A stretch of 64,000 nucleotides of DNA from Bacteroidales bacterium (GTDB taxonomy: Bacteria > Bacteroidota > Bacteroidia > Bacteroidales > TTA-H9). Position 1 is the first letter of the stretch. Each line of letters begins with the position of its first letter. Where the stretch lies: NCBI GenBank assembly GCA_035411425.1, contig DAONSX010000004.1:16392-80391 (forward strand), written 5' to 3'. Both the position numbers and the translations under genes were made by a program. Under the pieces are notes generated by a model, which worked only from the letters and a program-made list of their open reading frames with translations, had not been told where the DNA came from and ran no database searches. Positions 17,331 to 26,970 of this stretch are shown in pieces.

Positions 17331-19850
17331 ATGAAAATAAATTTAATAAATTTCAGAAAGTTAAGCTGGAGAACACTGATAACCTTTATAATATTTGTGA
17401 TAAGTGGTTATTTTTCGTTTTCGCAGACAGTAACCGAATTGGTGGTGCCCAAGTATATAGGTGCTAAAAATGCTTCGGGCATAAATAATGAACGTACGCC
17501 ATTTGCTGTTTGTTATCAGATTATGGGTTTGGATCCCAATCAGGTTTATGACGTTAAAACACAGATTGGCCTTGTAACGGAAGCCTCGACTGTTTGGGGA
17601 GCTGGCAATGTTTGGGATCCTATTTCTGGCTCATTTTCAGGGAATACCGTTGTTGATGCCTTTACTACCAATGCTTCGGGAAGCGCTATTTTTTGGATTT
17701 ACTATCAACCCACAGGCAATAGTTCGCGTTTTGGAGCCGGGCAACAGCACAACTTGCGATTAGGCTGGAGGCCCTCGGGTGGGTCATTCCCATCGAATCC
17801 TCAGTTCGTTGGTAGTAAAATAATTACCGCTCTCGACATTGCTCCTAATGCTACTACCCCCGAGACTACCGATGATGGGGCTTATATCAAAGGCACAGCC
17901 AATCCTGCAGCAAGCGGAAAATTTGTATTACTTTTCGACAATGTGAACGGTACGGGCGATCCGTTATTTTCCTATCAAATTCGTCAAGCTCTGCCGGTCA
18001 ATACCAATCAGTCTATGCTCAATCCCGAAATCAATGATATTTACCTGCAAGCTGGGACAAGCATTATAGGCGATTATCCGGCAGTTGTTCCAATCAGTGC
18101 CAACAATCCCAATGGAATCAGGCGCATAGAGTCGCGCAACGATGACAATGCTATCTATGCATTTAGTACCGATGCCGATGGAATCTGGCCTAGCGGTGCC
18201 AATACTACCAATATGAATCGTCTCGATATACGCTATATCACTATGACTGATGCTCCATTGATACCTCAGGGTATACCCACGGTTACAACTGTTGCAACCA
18301 CTAATATTACTTACAATAGTGCTACCAGTGGTGGGACGGTTACTGCTGCGGGAGGAAGTTCGGTATCTGCCAGAGGCGTTTGCTGGTCAACTTCACCTAA
18401 CCCTACTATTGCCGGTTCCCATACCACCAATGGTTCGGGATTAGGTACTTTCACAAGCCAGATTACAGATTTGGAGCCAATTACAACTTATTATGTAAGA
18501 GCTTATGCTACGAATACCTACGGAACGGCTTATGGGAATGAAGAGACATTTACAACCCTCACCGCTCCTTATCCTCCTATTATTGATTTTGTGGCTTCCA
18601 GCACTAACATCAATGTGGGGAATACGGTTAATTTTACCGATTTAAGCACAAATGGACCTACTTCGTGGTCATGGTCTTTCGTGGGAGGCATTCCACCCTC
18701 GTCTAACCAGCAAAATCCTTCAGGAATTCTTTATTCTTATCCTGGAGAATATACCGTTTGTTTGACCGCTTCGAATCAATATGGAAGCAATACTCTGTGC
18801 AAGGATGCCTATATTAATGTACATGCCCCTATTGAGGCAAAAATTGTGATAACCGAAATCATGTATAATCCTCCCGAAACAGGTACCGATAGCCTCGAAT
18901 TTATCGAACTCTTCAATAATGGAGCCAGTGCCATAGATCTCGAAGGATTCTATTTCTCGGAAGGAGTAACTTATACTTTCCCTTCTTACTTGCTTGCTCC
19001 GGGTGCCTATGCAGTTGTGGCTGTAAACTCTCAAGCCATGCAGAATACATTTGGTATTTCGACCTTGCAATGGAGTTCTGGTGCATTGAACAATTCAGGC
19101 GAACTGATCCGGCTAAAGGATAAATACGGGTATACCGTGGATTCAGTTTATTATGACGACGCCCTGCCATGGGATACCCTCGCTGATGGCTGGGGCCCAT
19201 CTCTTACTCTCTGTAATCCAGACCTCGACAATTCCTTGGCAGAAAATTGGACGCATAGTATGGAATTCGTTACCGTAAATGCCAATGGAGATAGCATCTG
19301 GGCTACACCGGGTGGGCCGTGCATCATACCTGTCCTTCCTGTTGCCGATTTCGTTGGTAACCCACTTTCATTGATGACAGGAGAAAGTGTTCAATTTACC
19401 GATCTTTCAACTGGCCCCAATATTACAAACTGGGAATGGATTTTCGATGGAGGAACACCTGCTACCTTCTCGGGTCAAAACCCTCCACCCATTTACTATT
19501 ACGAATCTGGCCTTTATGATGTTACCCTTAAAGTAACTAACGAATTCGGAACAAGTACAGCTTTCAAACCCGAATATATCACTGTGTTAATTGATGCTAT
19601 CGGCGATGACATTTCTCTTATCCCGATTTCAATTCAGCCTAATCCTTCTACTGGAAAAGTAAATATTAAACATAACCAAGGCAAACTCTTATTGGAAGTA
19701 TTTAACCTGGTAGGAGAAAAAGTTTATTCTCAAGAATTGAATCCGCTAACTCAAGACGTCGATCTTACTCCACTCCAAAAGGGTATCTATTTTATGCGAT
19801 TCACTAATGACAATGGAGTTAAACTTACTCACAAACTCATACTTAAATAA
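17331..19850 (+). CDS. T9SS-secreted multidomain protein (unknown N-terminal region, PKD domains, lamin-tail domain, type-A CTD)
   Basis: Signal peptide; PKD-like VNFTDLSTNGPTSWSWSF and VQFTDLSTGPNITNWEWIF; LTD-like KIVITEIMYNPPETGTDSLEFIELFNNG; CTD ISIQPNPSTGKVNIKH...GIYFMRF...KLILK. Confidence 0.8.
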   Translation: MKINLINFRKLSWRTLITFIIFVISGYFSFSQTVTELVVPKYIGAKNASGINNERTPFAVCYQIMGLDPNQVYDVKTQIGLVTEASTVWGAGNVWDPISGSFSGNTVVDAFTTNASGSAIFWIYYQPTGNSSRFGAGQQHNLRLGWRPSGGSFPSNPQFVGSKIITALDIAPNATTPETTDDGAYIKGTANPAASGKFVLLFDNVNGTGDPLFSYQIRQALPVNTNQSMLNPEINDIYLQAGTSIIGDYPAVVPISANNPNGIRRIESRNDDNAIYAFSTDADGIWPSGANTTNMNRLDIRYITMTDAPLIPQGIPTVTTVATTNITYNSATSGGTVTAAGGSSVSARGVCWSTSPNPTIAGSHTTNGSGLGTFTSQITDLEPITTYYVRAYATNTYGTAYGNEETFTTLTAPYPPIIDFVASSTNINVGNTVNFTDLSTNGPTSWSWSFVGGIPPSSNQQNPSGILYSYPGEYTVCLTASNQYGSNTLCKDAYINVHAPIEAKIVITEIMYNPPETGTDSLEFIELFNNGASAIDLEGFYFSEGVTYTFPSYLLAPGAYAVVAVNSQAMQNTFGISTLQWSSGALNNSGELIRLKDKYGYTVDSVYYDDALPWDTLADGWGPSLTLCNPDLDNSLAENWTHSMEFVTVNANGDSIWATPGGPCIIPVLPVADFVGNPLSLMTGESVQFTDLSTGPNITNWEWIFDGGTPATFSGQNPPPIYYYESGLYDVTLKVTNEFGTSTAFKPEYITVLIDAIGDDISLIPISIQPNPSTGKVNIKHNQGKLLLEVFNLVGEKVYSQELNPLTQDVDLTPLQKGIYFMRFTNDNGVKLTHKLILK

Positions 19851-19871
19851 ATCAAATTCCATTTATTTATA

Positions 19872-19910
19872 AAAATAGCCGGGGTTCGGATGGAACTCTG
19901 GCTATTTTAT
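19872..19910 (+). terminator. rho-independent terminator
   Basis: AAAATAGCC..GTTC loop GAAC..GGCTATTTT imperfect hairpin ending in a T-run, 22 nt after the stop at 19850. Confidence 0.55.
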
Positions 19911-20054
19911 TCATTTAATCTTTTAAATTCCAGAAATACTATTTTCTGTTCATTACATTTTGATGAAATTTATCTTTAAGTGAATAAACTCTGAATAGTA
20001 TCATCTACTGAGTTAAATTTTGGTTAAGCTGTAAAAGAATTCAGCTTTTCGTTT

Positions 20055-20062
20055 TATTTTTG
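20055..20062 (+). promoter_or_regulatory. candidate -7 promoter box (TATTTTTG)
   Basis: TAnnTTTG, 23 nt upstream of the ATG at 20086. Confidence 0.45.
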
Positions 20063-20085
20063 TAATGTAATTAAAAAATTAGATT

Positions 20086-21687
20086 ATGAAAAAAGTCCTA
20101 TTATTCGTCGTGGCAATAATTATGGGCTTCAATCTTCAAGTCTTTGCTCAGGGTATGGAAGATTTCACAAATTTTCCAGAAACTGGGAATAGTTATCAGG
20201 ATGGTAGCTTTGTGGGCTTGGATGGAAGCACTTGGACTTACACGCAATGCAGGGGTGATATTGCCATTGCCTTACCTACACCAACCTTAGGGAAAAACCG
20301 CACCCCCACGTCTTCGGTAGAATCAGGACTAATTCCAGGTGGAATTGGGGTTTTGAGCTTTGATTTTATGCAGGCTTTTTCCTCCAGTGTAAACCTCGAT
20401 GTTTATGTAAACGGAGTCTATATTACATCGGTAACTTCCAATAATGAAGTAAATATCGTTAAAAACTCTGGAGACATCACTGTAAATGTTCCGGGTGATT
20501 TCAGACTTCAATTCATTCAGCACAACACCAGCGCCGGTCAAGTGAGTATCGATAATATGGTATGGACAGGATATACTATTACAGCACTTCCTGAACCTAC
20601 GAATTATCCCGAGAATTTTTCGGCAAACGTTGGCCCTTTCAGCATAATTCTCAATTGGGACGATGCCACCACAGGAGCTCAGGTCCCACAGGCTTATCTT
20701 ATAAAAGCCTCTACATCCAATAATATTACTGCACCTATAGATGGAACACCCGTACCCGATGATTTGGACCTATCCGACGGAAGTGGTGCTAAAAATATAG
20801 TTCAGGGAGTAGAAACTTTTACCTTTACAGGTTTAGCTAACAACCAAGTCTATTATTTCCGCATCTACCCTTATACCAATACGGGTTCACTTATCGATTA
20901 CAAAACGGATGGTAATGCACCCTTTGCTTCGGCTTCAACTCTTTATATGTCCCTTATTCATTCTCAAGATTTCAACGATCGTACTTTTGGCTCTTGGACG
21001 GCGGTTAGTGTTATAGGTGATCAGCAATGGACCATAGATACCATTCATGGAATTGGGAACACCCCTTGTGCTAGAATAAGTGGATATGCTACTACAAGCA
21101 ACGCTAATGAAGATTGGCTTATCAGCCCGAAATTGAATTTTGCAAACTACACGAGCGAGATCATACAATTTTATAGTGCGAAAAATTACACAGGCCCTGA
21201 TATCCAAGTAATGGTATCTACCGATTATTCGGGTTTGGGTAATCCCAATCTCGCTTATTGGGAAAATCTCGATGCAGTGCTCTCGCCTGGAGGATGGGCA
21301 TGGACATTTTCAGAAAACGTCGATATTGCTAATTTCGCCTCAGGTAATCTATATACCGCCTTTAAATACACCAGTACGGCTACCGAAAGTGCAACTTGGG
21401 AAATTGATGACATCAAGATATGGGGTCATCAGGAGATCGGAATAGAGCAGACTGAAATTCACCAAATTAGCATTTCGCCTAACCCTGCTAGAGAATTTGT
21501 AAAAATATCAATACAACATCCTTCCGAACTTCTTTTATATTCTCTTACAGGAGAAAAATTACTGCAAATCCATTTATCTCAGGGAACAAACTCTCTGAAT
21601 TTGCAAGATTATCCATCGGGCATTTACATTATTAAACTTGTTCCGGAAGGTTATCCACCCGAAGTATATAAGTTAATCATTCGATAA
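20086..21687 (+). CDS. T9SS-secreted protein (Fn3-like domain, choice-of-anchor-J-like domain, type-A CTD)
   Basis: Signal peptide; NEDWLISPKLNF motif as in choice-of-anchor J domains; CTD ISISPNPAREFVKISIQ...GIYIIKL...KLIIR. Confidence 0.75.
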   Translation: MKKVLLFVVAIIMGFNLQVFAQGMEDFTNFPETGNSYQDGSFVGLDGSTWTYTQCRGDIAIALPTPTLGKNRTPTSSVESGLIPGGIGVLSFDFMQAFSSSVNLDVYVNGVYITSVTSNNEVNIVKNSGDITVNVPGDFRLQFIQHNTSAGQVSIDNMVWTGYTITALPEPTNYPENFSANVGPFSIILNWDDATTGAQVPQAYLIKASTSNNITAPIDGTPVPDDLDLSDGSGAKNIVQGVETFTFTGLANNQVYYFRIYPYTNTGSLIDYKTDGNAPFASASTLYMSLIHSQDFNDRTFGSWTAVSVIGDQQWTIDTIHGIGNTPCARISGYATTSNANEDWLISPKLNFANYTSEIIQFYSAKNYTGPDIQVMVSTDYSGLGNPNLAYWENLDAVLSPGGWAWTFSENVDIANFASGNLYTAFKYTSTATESATWEIDDIKIWGHQEIGIEQTEIHQISISPNPAREFVKISIQHPSELLLYSLTGEKLLQIHLSQGTNSLNLQDYPSGIYIIKLVPEGYPPEVYKLIIR

Positions 21688-21769
21688 AATATTTGAAGGG
21701 AAGCCGATCTTTGTGATAAACTAGGTCGGTTTTTCTTTCTGGTACGATACGTGCGTAATAATGGCTGTT

Positions 21770-23929
21770 TTATTCTGTACTGCGGTCGTGTGTCTTATTT
21801 TTAAAATGGTTCCCTTTGAGCATTTTTCGAAACATATAATATTTTTCGTACTGCGATCTTATTCTCTGATCGGAATTTACTTTGCGGTATTCGTTAATAT
21901 GTCCATCATGCAATGATCGAGCTTTTACATTGGCGTTCAGTTCGATCTGGATCATTTGCATGAGTTCCTTTTGAATGCCTTTGTCGAAGATGGGGCAAAC
22001 CACTTCGATACGATGGTCGAGGTTACGGGGCATCAGGTCGGCTGAGCTGATGAAGTATTTGTTGCGGCCACCATTGCAGAAAATAAATACGCGTGAATGT
22101 TCCAGAAAACGATCTACAATGCTCAGAGCTTCGATGTTATCGCTCAAATTTGGGATACCGGGTTTGATCACACAAATACCTCTTATTAAAAGTTTGATAC
22201 TGACACCTGCCTGACTTGCCTCGTAAATTTTAATTGCTACTTCTTCATCTACAAGGCTATTTGCCTTCAGAATAGCCCAAGCTTCCTTACCCGATCTTGC
22301 ATTTTTTATTTCATTATTTAACTGTCGAATGATAAAACTGCGGATATTAAATGGAGAAACACAGAGGTTTTCGAAGGTGGGGGGAATGTACCGGCTTTTG
22401 AAAAGTGTAAATACTTTATCCAAGTCTTTCGTAACACGCGGGTCAGTGGTGAAAAGGCTATCATCTGCATAAACTGTGGCCGTTGATTCATTGAAGTTTC
22501 CTGTACTAACATTGCAATATAGCAGTTCATTCCCATCATCTTCCATCCTTTTTATGACCAGGAGTTTGGCATGTACCTTATAATCGGGAATGGTGGGAAT
22601 AATTTCGACTTCTTCTTCCTGTAATCTGTTCACCCAATAAATATTGGTTTCTTCTTCGAAGCGTGCCTGCAACTCGAGAAAAACCGTGACTTTTTTCCCG
22701 TTGCGTGCGGCGTTGATCAGGGAATTAATCACTGAACTATCACGCGCCGTGCGGTAGAAAGTCATTTTTATTTCCTTTACCTGAGGATCGATGGAAGCTT
22801 CGCGCAACAAATCGATCAAGTACTGAAACGAATGATAAGGATAATGCAGCATGATGTCGCGTTCTCGCATAATGGCCAGAATGCTGTGATTGGGAGGCAG
22901 CAGCGGATGAGCCAAGGGCGGGAAAGGTTCGAAATAAAAGGCCGGATTATTGATTTTGGGAAAATCCATAAAATCTTTAAAATTATGATATCTGCTCCCA
23001 GCTCTTAGTGTGTCCTTCTCGGTAATTCTCATTTTTTGCTTTAGCTTATCGAGAAGTGCTAACGGCATTTTTTCGTCGTAAACAAATCTCACCGGAACGC
23101 CTTTTTTACGCTGTTTCAGGCTTTCTTCCATTCGTTCGATAAAACTCTTCGATACGTCATTATCGATGTCGAGCTCGGCATCGCGCGTAAATTTCACCGT
23201 ATAAGCCTCAAAATGATCGTATCCGAAGACAGAAAAAATATCGGGTAAACAATACCGTATCACATCATCCAGAAGAATGATAAAATGGGAATCCTTTTTG
23301 TCTTCAGGCGGTTGCAAAGAAATAAACCTTCCGGTAATATGAACGGGGACTTTGAGTAAAGCAAATCGGGTCTTGCTCTTTTTGGCCGTATCGGCCATTT
23401 CCACTGCCAGATAAAAATTCTCATCCTTCAAAAAAGTCAGATTCTTTACATTGTTCAGCATGATAGGAAAAACATACGATCGAATGTTCTGGTTAAAGAA
23501 GCTTCTTACATATTTCCCTTCTTCGTGCGTAAGTTCCTGTTCATTTACAATGAAAATCCCATTTTCTTTCATTTGACGGGTTAAATCCTGATAAACAGCG
23601 GTAAACCTTTTTTCCTGATTTTCGACTATACTGTATATTTCTGACAATAACTTCCTGGGATCGAAACTAATTCTATAATCGAGTTCTTTTTTTTGCATCA
23701 GCATGTTCATTCGATGAATCGTAGCTACCCTCACCCGAAAAAATTCATCCCGATTATTGGAAAAAATGCCCAGGAACTTTATCCTTTCCAGTAAGGGGGT
23801 GGTTGGATCGGAAGCTTCTTGCAAAACTCTTTCGTTGAATTGCAGCCAGCTTATTTCCCGATTGATAAATAATCCATCCTCCAAATTATCTGTAGACTTT
23901 ATGTACTCATTTTTTTTACTCATTGCCAT
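21770..23929 (-). CDS. ppk1: polyphosphate kinase 1
   Basis: Canonical PPK1 N-terminus (FINREISWLQFNERVLQEA) and two PLD-like HKD regions. I place the start at MAMSKKNEY (ATG at 23929). The track ORF runs 62 codons further upstream into sixA. Confidence 0.9.
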   Translation of the reverse strand: MAMSKKNEYIKSTDNLEDGLFINREISWLQFNERVLQEASDPTTPLLERIKFLGIFSNNRDEFFRVRVATIHRMNMLMQKKELDYRISFDPRKLLSEIYSIVENQEKRFTAVYQDLTRQMKENGIFIVNEQELTHEEGKYVRSFFNQNIRSYVFPIMLNNVKNLTFLKDENFYLAVEMADTAKKSKTRFALLKVPVHITGRFISLQPPEDKKDSHFIILLDDVIRYCLPDIFSVFGYDHFEAYTVKFTRDAELDIDNDVSKSFIERMEESLKQRKKGVPVRFVYDEKMPLALLDKLKQKMRITEKDTLRAGSRYHNFKDFMDFPKINNPAFYFEPFPPLAHPLLPPNHSILAIMRERDIMLHYPYHSFQYLIDLLREASIDPQVKEIKMTFYRTARDSSVINSLINAARNGKKVTVFLELQARFEEETNIYWVNRLQEEEVEIIPTIPDYKVHAKLLVIKRMEDDGNELLYCNVSTGNFNESTATVYADDSLFTTDPRVTKDLDKVFTLFKSRYIPPTFENLCVSPFNIRSFIIRQLNNEIKNARSGKEAWAILKANSLVDEEVAIKIYEASQAGVSIKLLIRGICVIKPGIPNLSDNIEALSIVDRFLEHSRVFIFCNGGRNKYFISSADLMPRNLDHRIEVVCPIFDKGIQKELMQMIQIELNANVKARSLHDGHINEYRKVNSDQRIRSQYEKYYMFRKMLKGNHFKNKTHDRSTE

Positions 23930-23960
23930 GCTGATGTAAAATATAAAATTATGTTTATAC

Positions 23961-24461
23961 CTATTTATTGCTTTCCCAGGGGAATATTTTCTGTATTGTA
24001 CTGGCTTTTGCTCCTGCCAATTCGGTCCAACTCTCGATGGGCAATTCAAGAATGACGACCCCCGAGGTTGGCAACCCATCCAAGGGATCGAGAAGAAACT
24101 GGTTGATGAATGCAAGGATATTAGGGTTGTGCCCGACTATCATCACACTGTCGATGTCATCGTCGATGGAATAAAAAAGATCGGTAATATGGTCCTTATT
24201 TCCGTAGTAAACGGTTTGGCTGACTTGAATCTGATTTTCGGGATATTGAAAGAATGAAGCAAATATTCTGGACGTTTCAAAGGCTCTTACCGCATGACTC
24301 GAAATGATCAGACCGGGTCTGGCAATTTTTTCCTTTTGTAAGGATAGGATGATCTTGCTGATTCGTTTTTTCCCTTTGCTCAACAATGGCCTGTCCTCAT
24401 CCTTGAGCTGAGGAAAATCCCATGAGGATTTTGCATGCCGGGCAACAATAAGTGTTTTCAT
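23961..24461 (-). CDS. sixA: histidine phosphatase family protein (SixA-like)
   Basis: RHAKS catalytic motif (LIVARHAKSSWD), SSHAVRAFET, VGHNP; 166 aa, immediately upstream of ppk1. Confidence 0.8.
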   Translation of the reverse strand: MKTLIVARHAKSSWDFPQLKDEDRPLLSKGKKRISKIILSLQKEKIARPGLIISSHAVRAFETSRIFASFFQYPENQIQVSQTVYYGNKDHITDLFYSIDDDIDSVMIVGHNPNILAFINQFLLDPLDGLPTSGVVILELPIESWTELAGAKASTIQKIFPWESNK

Positions 24462-24496
24462 GGGCTATAAGTTTTTCTTAAATGTTAGAATCTTTA

Positions 24497-24504
24497 CAAA
24501 TTTA
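24497..24504 (-). promoter_or_regulatory. candidate -7 promoter box (TAAATTTG) for sixA-ppk1
   Basis: TAnnTTTG on the minus strand, 35 nt upstream of the ATG at 24461. Confidence 0.4.
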
Positions 24505-24639
24505 GTAAATGCCCCAAAGAATTAATCTTTAGAAAATTTTTACTCTTTAAAACTTCGAGAGACGAATGATTGCCTTAACAAGCTCGACAAGTGGACCACA
24601 CGAAGGTAATGCTCAGAGCATATTAATACGGATGTTTTA

Positions 24640-26037
24640 TCAAATATGAATGACTTCCCCATAGGCTGCTGCCATAGCTTCCATAAAGGCTTCCGACATG
24701 GTAGGATGAGGATGTACGCTGTCGATGATTTCTCTGCCAGTACTTTCGAGCTTTCTGGCTACAACGGCTTCGGCAATCACTTCAGTAACATTGTCGCCAA
24801 TCATGTGAACGCCTAATATTTTGCCATATTTTGCTTCTATGATTACTTTTACGAATCCATCACGATGACCAGCTGCGGTGGCTTTCCCAGAGGCCGAATA
24901 GGGGAACTTTCCTGTTTTGATCTCATATCCGGCTTCACGGGCTACTTTTTCTGTTATCCCTAACGAGGCTACTTCGGGCTGAGTGTATGTACAAGCTGGA
25001 ATGTTTCCATAATTTAAAGGTGTAGGCTCATGGCCTGCAATCTTCTCCACACAAATGATGCCTTCGTGTGATGCAACATGGGCTAATGCCGGGGTAGGAA
25101 TAATATCTCCTATGGCATAGTAGCCTTCGACATTGGTACGGTAAAATTCATCCACCACTATTTTCCCTTTTTCTGTTCTAATTCCGGTTTCCTCTATGCC
25201 AATTCCTTCAATATTAGGTGCAATCCCTACTGCCGACAATACAATGTCAGTGTCGAGGGTTTCTTCGCCCTTTTTGGTGTTTATGGTTACGACGCAATGA
25301 TGATCCTTCACTTCTACCTGTTCAACGGTCGATTCGGTCATCACCTTGATACCTGCTTTCTTGAAATTACGTTCCAGCTGTTTTGAAACTTCTTCATCCT
25401 CTAATGGTACTACATTGGGCATGAACTCAACCAGAGTTACTTTCGTGCCAATCGAGTTATAGAAAAAGGCAAACTCCGAACCTATTGCTCCTGATCCTAT
25501 AATAACCATCGACTGAGGTTGAATAGGTAAAGTTAATGCTTCGCGATAGCCAATAATGAATTTGCCATCCTGACGAAGATTAGGAAGCTCACGCGAACGG
25601 GCACCTGTTGCTAAAATAATATGTCTTGCATTATAATTTTTTAATGTTCCATCTTCGGAAATCACCTCTACTTCATGCCCTGGATTTATTTTTCCGAAAC
25701 CTTTTATGTGTTCGACTTTGTTTTTCCTAAAAAGGTATTGTATGCCATTGCTCATTGTAGCAGCAACCTCACGCGAACGTTTCACCATACCTTCGAAATC
25801 GAGCCTGGTACTGCCTTCTATTTTGATTCCGTAGTCCGATGCCTGGGAAATGTAGTTATATACCTGAGCGCTTTTAATAAGTGCTTTCGTGGGAATGCAT
25901 CCCCAGTTGAGACACACCCCTCCCAATTCTGCCTTTTCGACTACTGCCGTTTTCAACCCTAACTGAGCCGCACGAATTCCAGCCACATAACCACCTGGCC
26001 CACTGCCTATTACTATTACGTCGTATTGACAATCCAT
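24640..26037 (-). CDS. lpdA: dihydrolipoyl dehydrogenase
   Basis: GSGPGGY FAD motif, redox-active GGVCLNWGCIPTK, C-terminal HPHPTMSE; 465 aa. Confidence 0.95.
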   Translation of the reverse strand: MDCQYDVIVIGSGPGGYVAGIRAAQLGLKTAVVEKAELGGVCLNWGCIPTKALIKSAQVYNYISQASDYGIKIEGSTRLDFEGMVKRSREVAATMSNGIQYLFRKNKVEHIKGFGKINPGHEVEVISEDGTLKNYNARHIILATGARSRELPNLRQDGKFIIGYREALTLPIQPQSMVIIGSGAIGSEFAFFYNSIGTKVTLVEFMPNVVPLEDEEVSKQLERNFKKAGIKVMTESTVEQVEVKDHHCVVTINTKKGEETLDTDIVLSAVGIAPNIEGIGIEETGIRTEKGKIVVDEFYRTNVEGYYAIGDIIPTPALAHVASHEGIICVEKIAGHEPTPLNYGNIPACTYTQPEVASLGITEKVAREAGYEIKTGKFPYSASGKATAAGHRDGFVKVIIEAKYGKILGVHMIGDNVTEVIAEAVVARKLESTGREIIDSVHPHPTMSEAFMEAMAAAYGEVIHI

Positions 26038-26076
26038 AATATGTTGATTTTATTTGAGATAGTTCGTTTTTTATTG

Positions 26077-26084
26077 CAAATTTA
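26077..26084 (-). promoter_or_regulatory. candidate -7 promoter box (TAAATTTG) for lpdA
   Basis: TAnnTTTG on the minus strand, 39 nt upstream of the ATG at 26037. Confidence 0.4.
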
Positions 26085-26554
26085 TATATCCTTGCGAAAT
26101 TTCATCGGATGATTAAGCTATCTAGAATAAATGATATGTTTTAATATAACGATCTTTAAATAGATTTGGTTTGTAAATTTTTTTATTAGGGTGTGACTGC
26201 TCTGAGTTTTTATATTTTCAGCCAGAAAAGAAGAATACCAAAGCATCGTCATTGGCTGGAGATTTCTGAAATGCCGATAAAAACGAAGTGTAAATCATTT
26301 CAGTAGAATTCATAAAAACTGTGTAAAGGCTTATTTTCAGGCATTAAAGGAAATATTTGTAAATGAATATAATAGCCGAATGGAATAGAAAGAGAAATTT
26401 TGTAAATATAAAATATTCATTATCAATAAATTGTTTGGAATGATCCATTCCCCCGAAAAAATGGGGATGAATTTCTAATGAATTAGTTTTCAGGCGTGTT
26501 TCGTAATATTTTGAAAATTATTAGCCGAATATTGTGGGATTCGTATAAAACCTC

Positions 26555-26562
26555 TAATTTTG
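26555..26562 (+). promoter_or_regulatory. candidate -7 promoter box (TAATTTTG) for tRNA-Glu
   Basis: TAnnTTTG, 33 nt upstream of the tRNA 5' end. A partial -33 TTG lies 20 nt upstream. Confidence 0.45.
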
Positions 26563-26595
26563 CAGCCCGAAAAACAAGTAAGTTCTTTCATATAA

Positions 26596-26667
26596 GGCCC
26601 GTTCGTCTAGGGGTTAGGACGCAAGGTTTTCATCCTTGTAACAGGGGTTCGATTCCCCTACGGGCTA
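26596..26667 (+). tRNA. tRNA-Glu (anticodon UUC)
   Basis: Hand-folded cloverleaf: acceptor GGCCCGT/ACGGGCT, D arm GTCT-AGGGGTTA-GGAC, anticodon stem CAAGG/CCTTG with loop TTTTCAT (TTC at positions 34-36), 4-nt variable loop, T arm AGGGG-TTCGATT-CCCCT, discriminator A. The architecture is very close to E. coli tRNA-Glu. CCA is not encoded. Confidence 0.9.
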
Positions 26668-26730
26668 CAAAATGAAGGTGAAGAGAGAAATCTGAAATAA
26701 TTGATGTTTTCTGTTGTCGATGCTTCAATG

Positions 26731-26940
26731 GTGTTGAGTGTTTTTGTTTTAATTTAGGTGAACGGAGAATGGTGGATAGTGATTGGTGAATGAGGACTGG
26801 GAGACGAAGAGACAAGGTGGTTGGTGGATAGTGGATGGTGATTAGAATTTGGAATTTTGTAATTGTTAGTTGGATTTTGGAATTTGTTTGTAATTTGTAA
26901 TTTGGAGTTTGATAGTTGTTTGTTGTCAGTTGTTTGAATA
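26731..26940 (+). repeat. C-depleted G/T-rich low-complexity repeat, copy A of a dispersed family
   Basis: Only 5 C in 210 nt, with a 113-nt C-free run (26814-26926). It shares exact words with the 32961-33393 element: GGACTGGGAGACGA (26794-26807 = 33000-33013) and GGATGGTGATTAG (reverse complement at 33267-33279), plus GAACGGAG, CAAGGTGG.TTGGTGGA and ATTAGAATTTG.AATTT in the same order. Confidence 0.8.
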
Positions 26941-26970
26941 TCTTCATTCGAATTTATTCGAAGGGAATTT

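Noticed and set aside
23930-24115. 62-codon N-terminal extension of the ppk1 ORF
   Set aside because: It overlaps the 3' end of sixA in another frame. The conserved PPK1 N-terminus begins at MAMSKKNEY (ATG at 23929).
26630-26947. 105-aa minus-strand ORF in the track
   Set aside because: It overlaps the 3' half of the tRNA-Glu gene. The rest is a translation of the C-free low-complexity repeat (Q/T/K/L-rich), so there is no coding signal.
26947-26962. TTCGAA-TTTA-TTCGAA hairpin as the gatD terminator
   Set aside because: The stem is only 6 bp and no T-run follows it on the minus strand. The T-rich tract lies on the plus-strand side, so I discuss it with the tRNA trailer instead.
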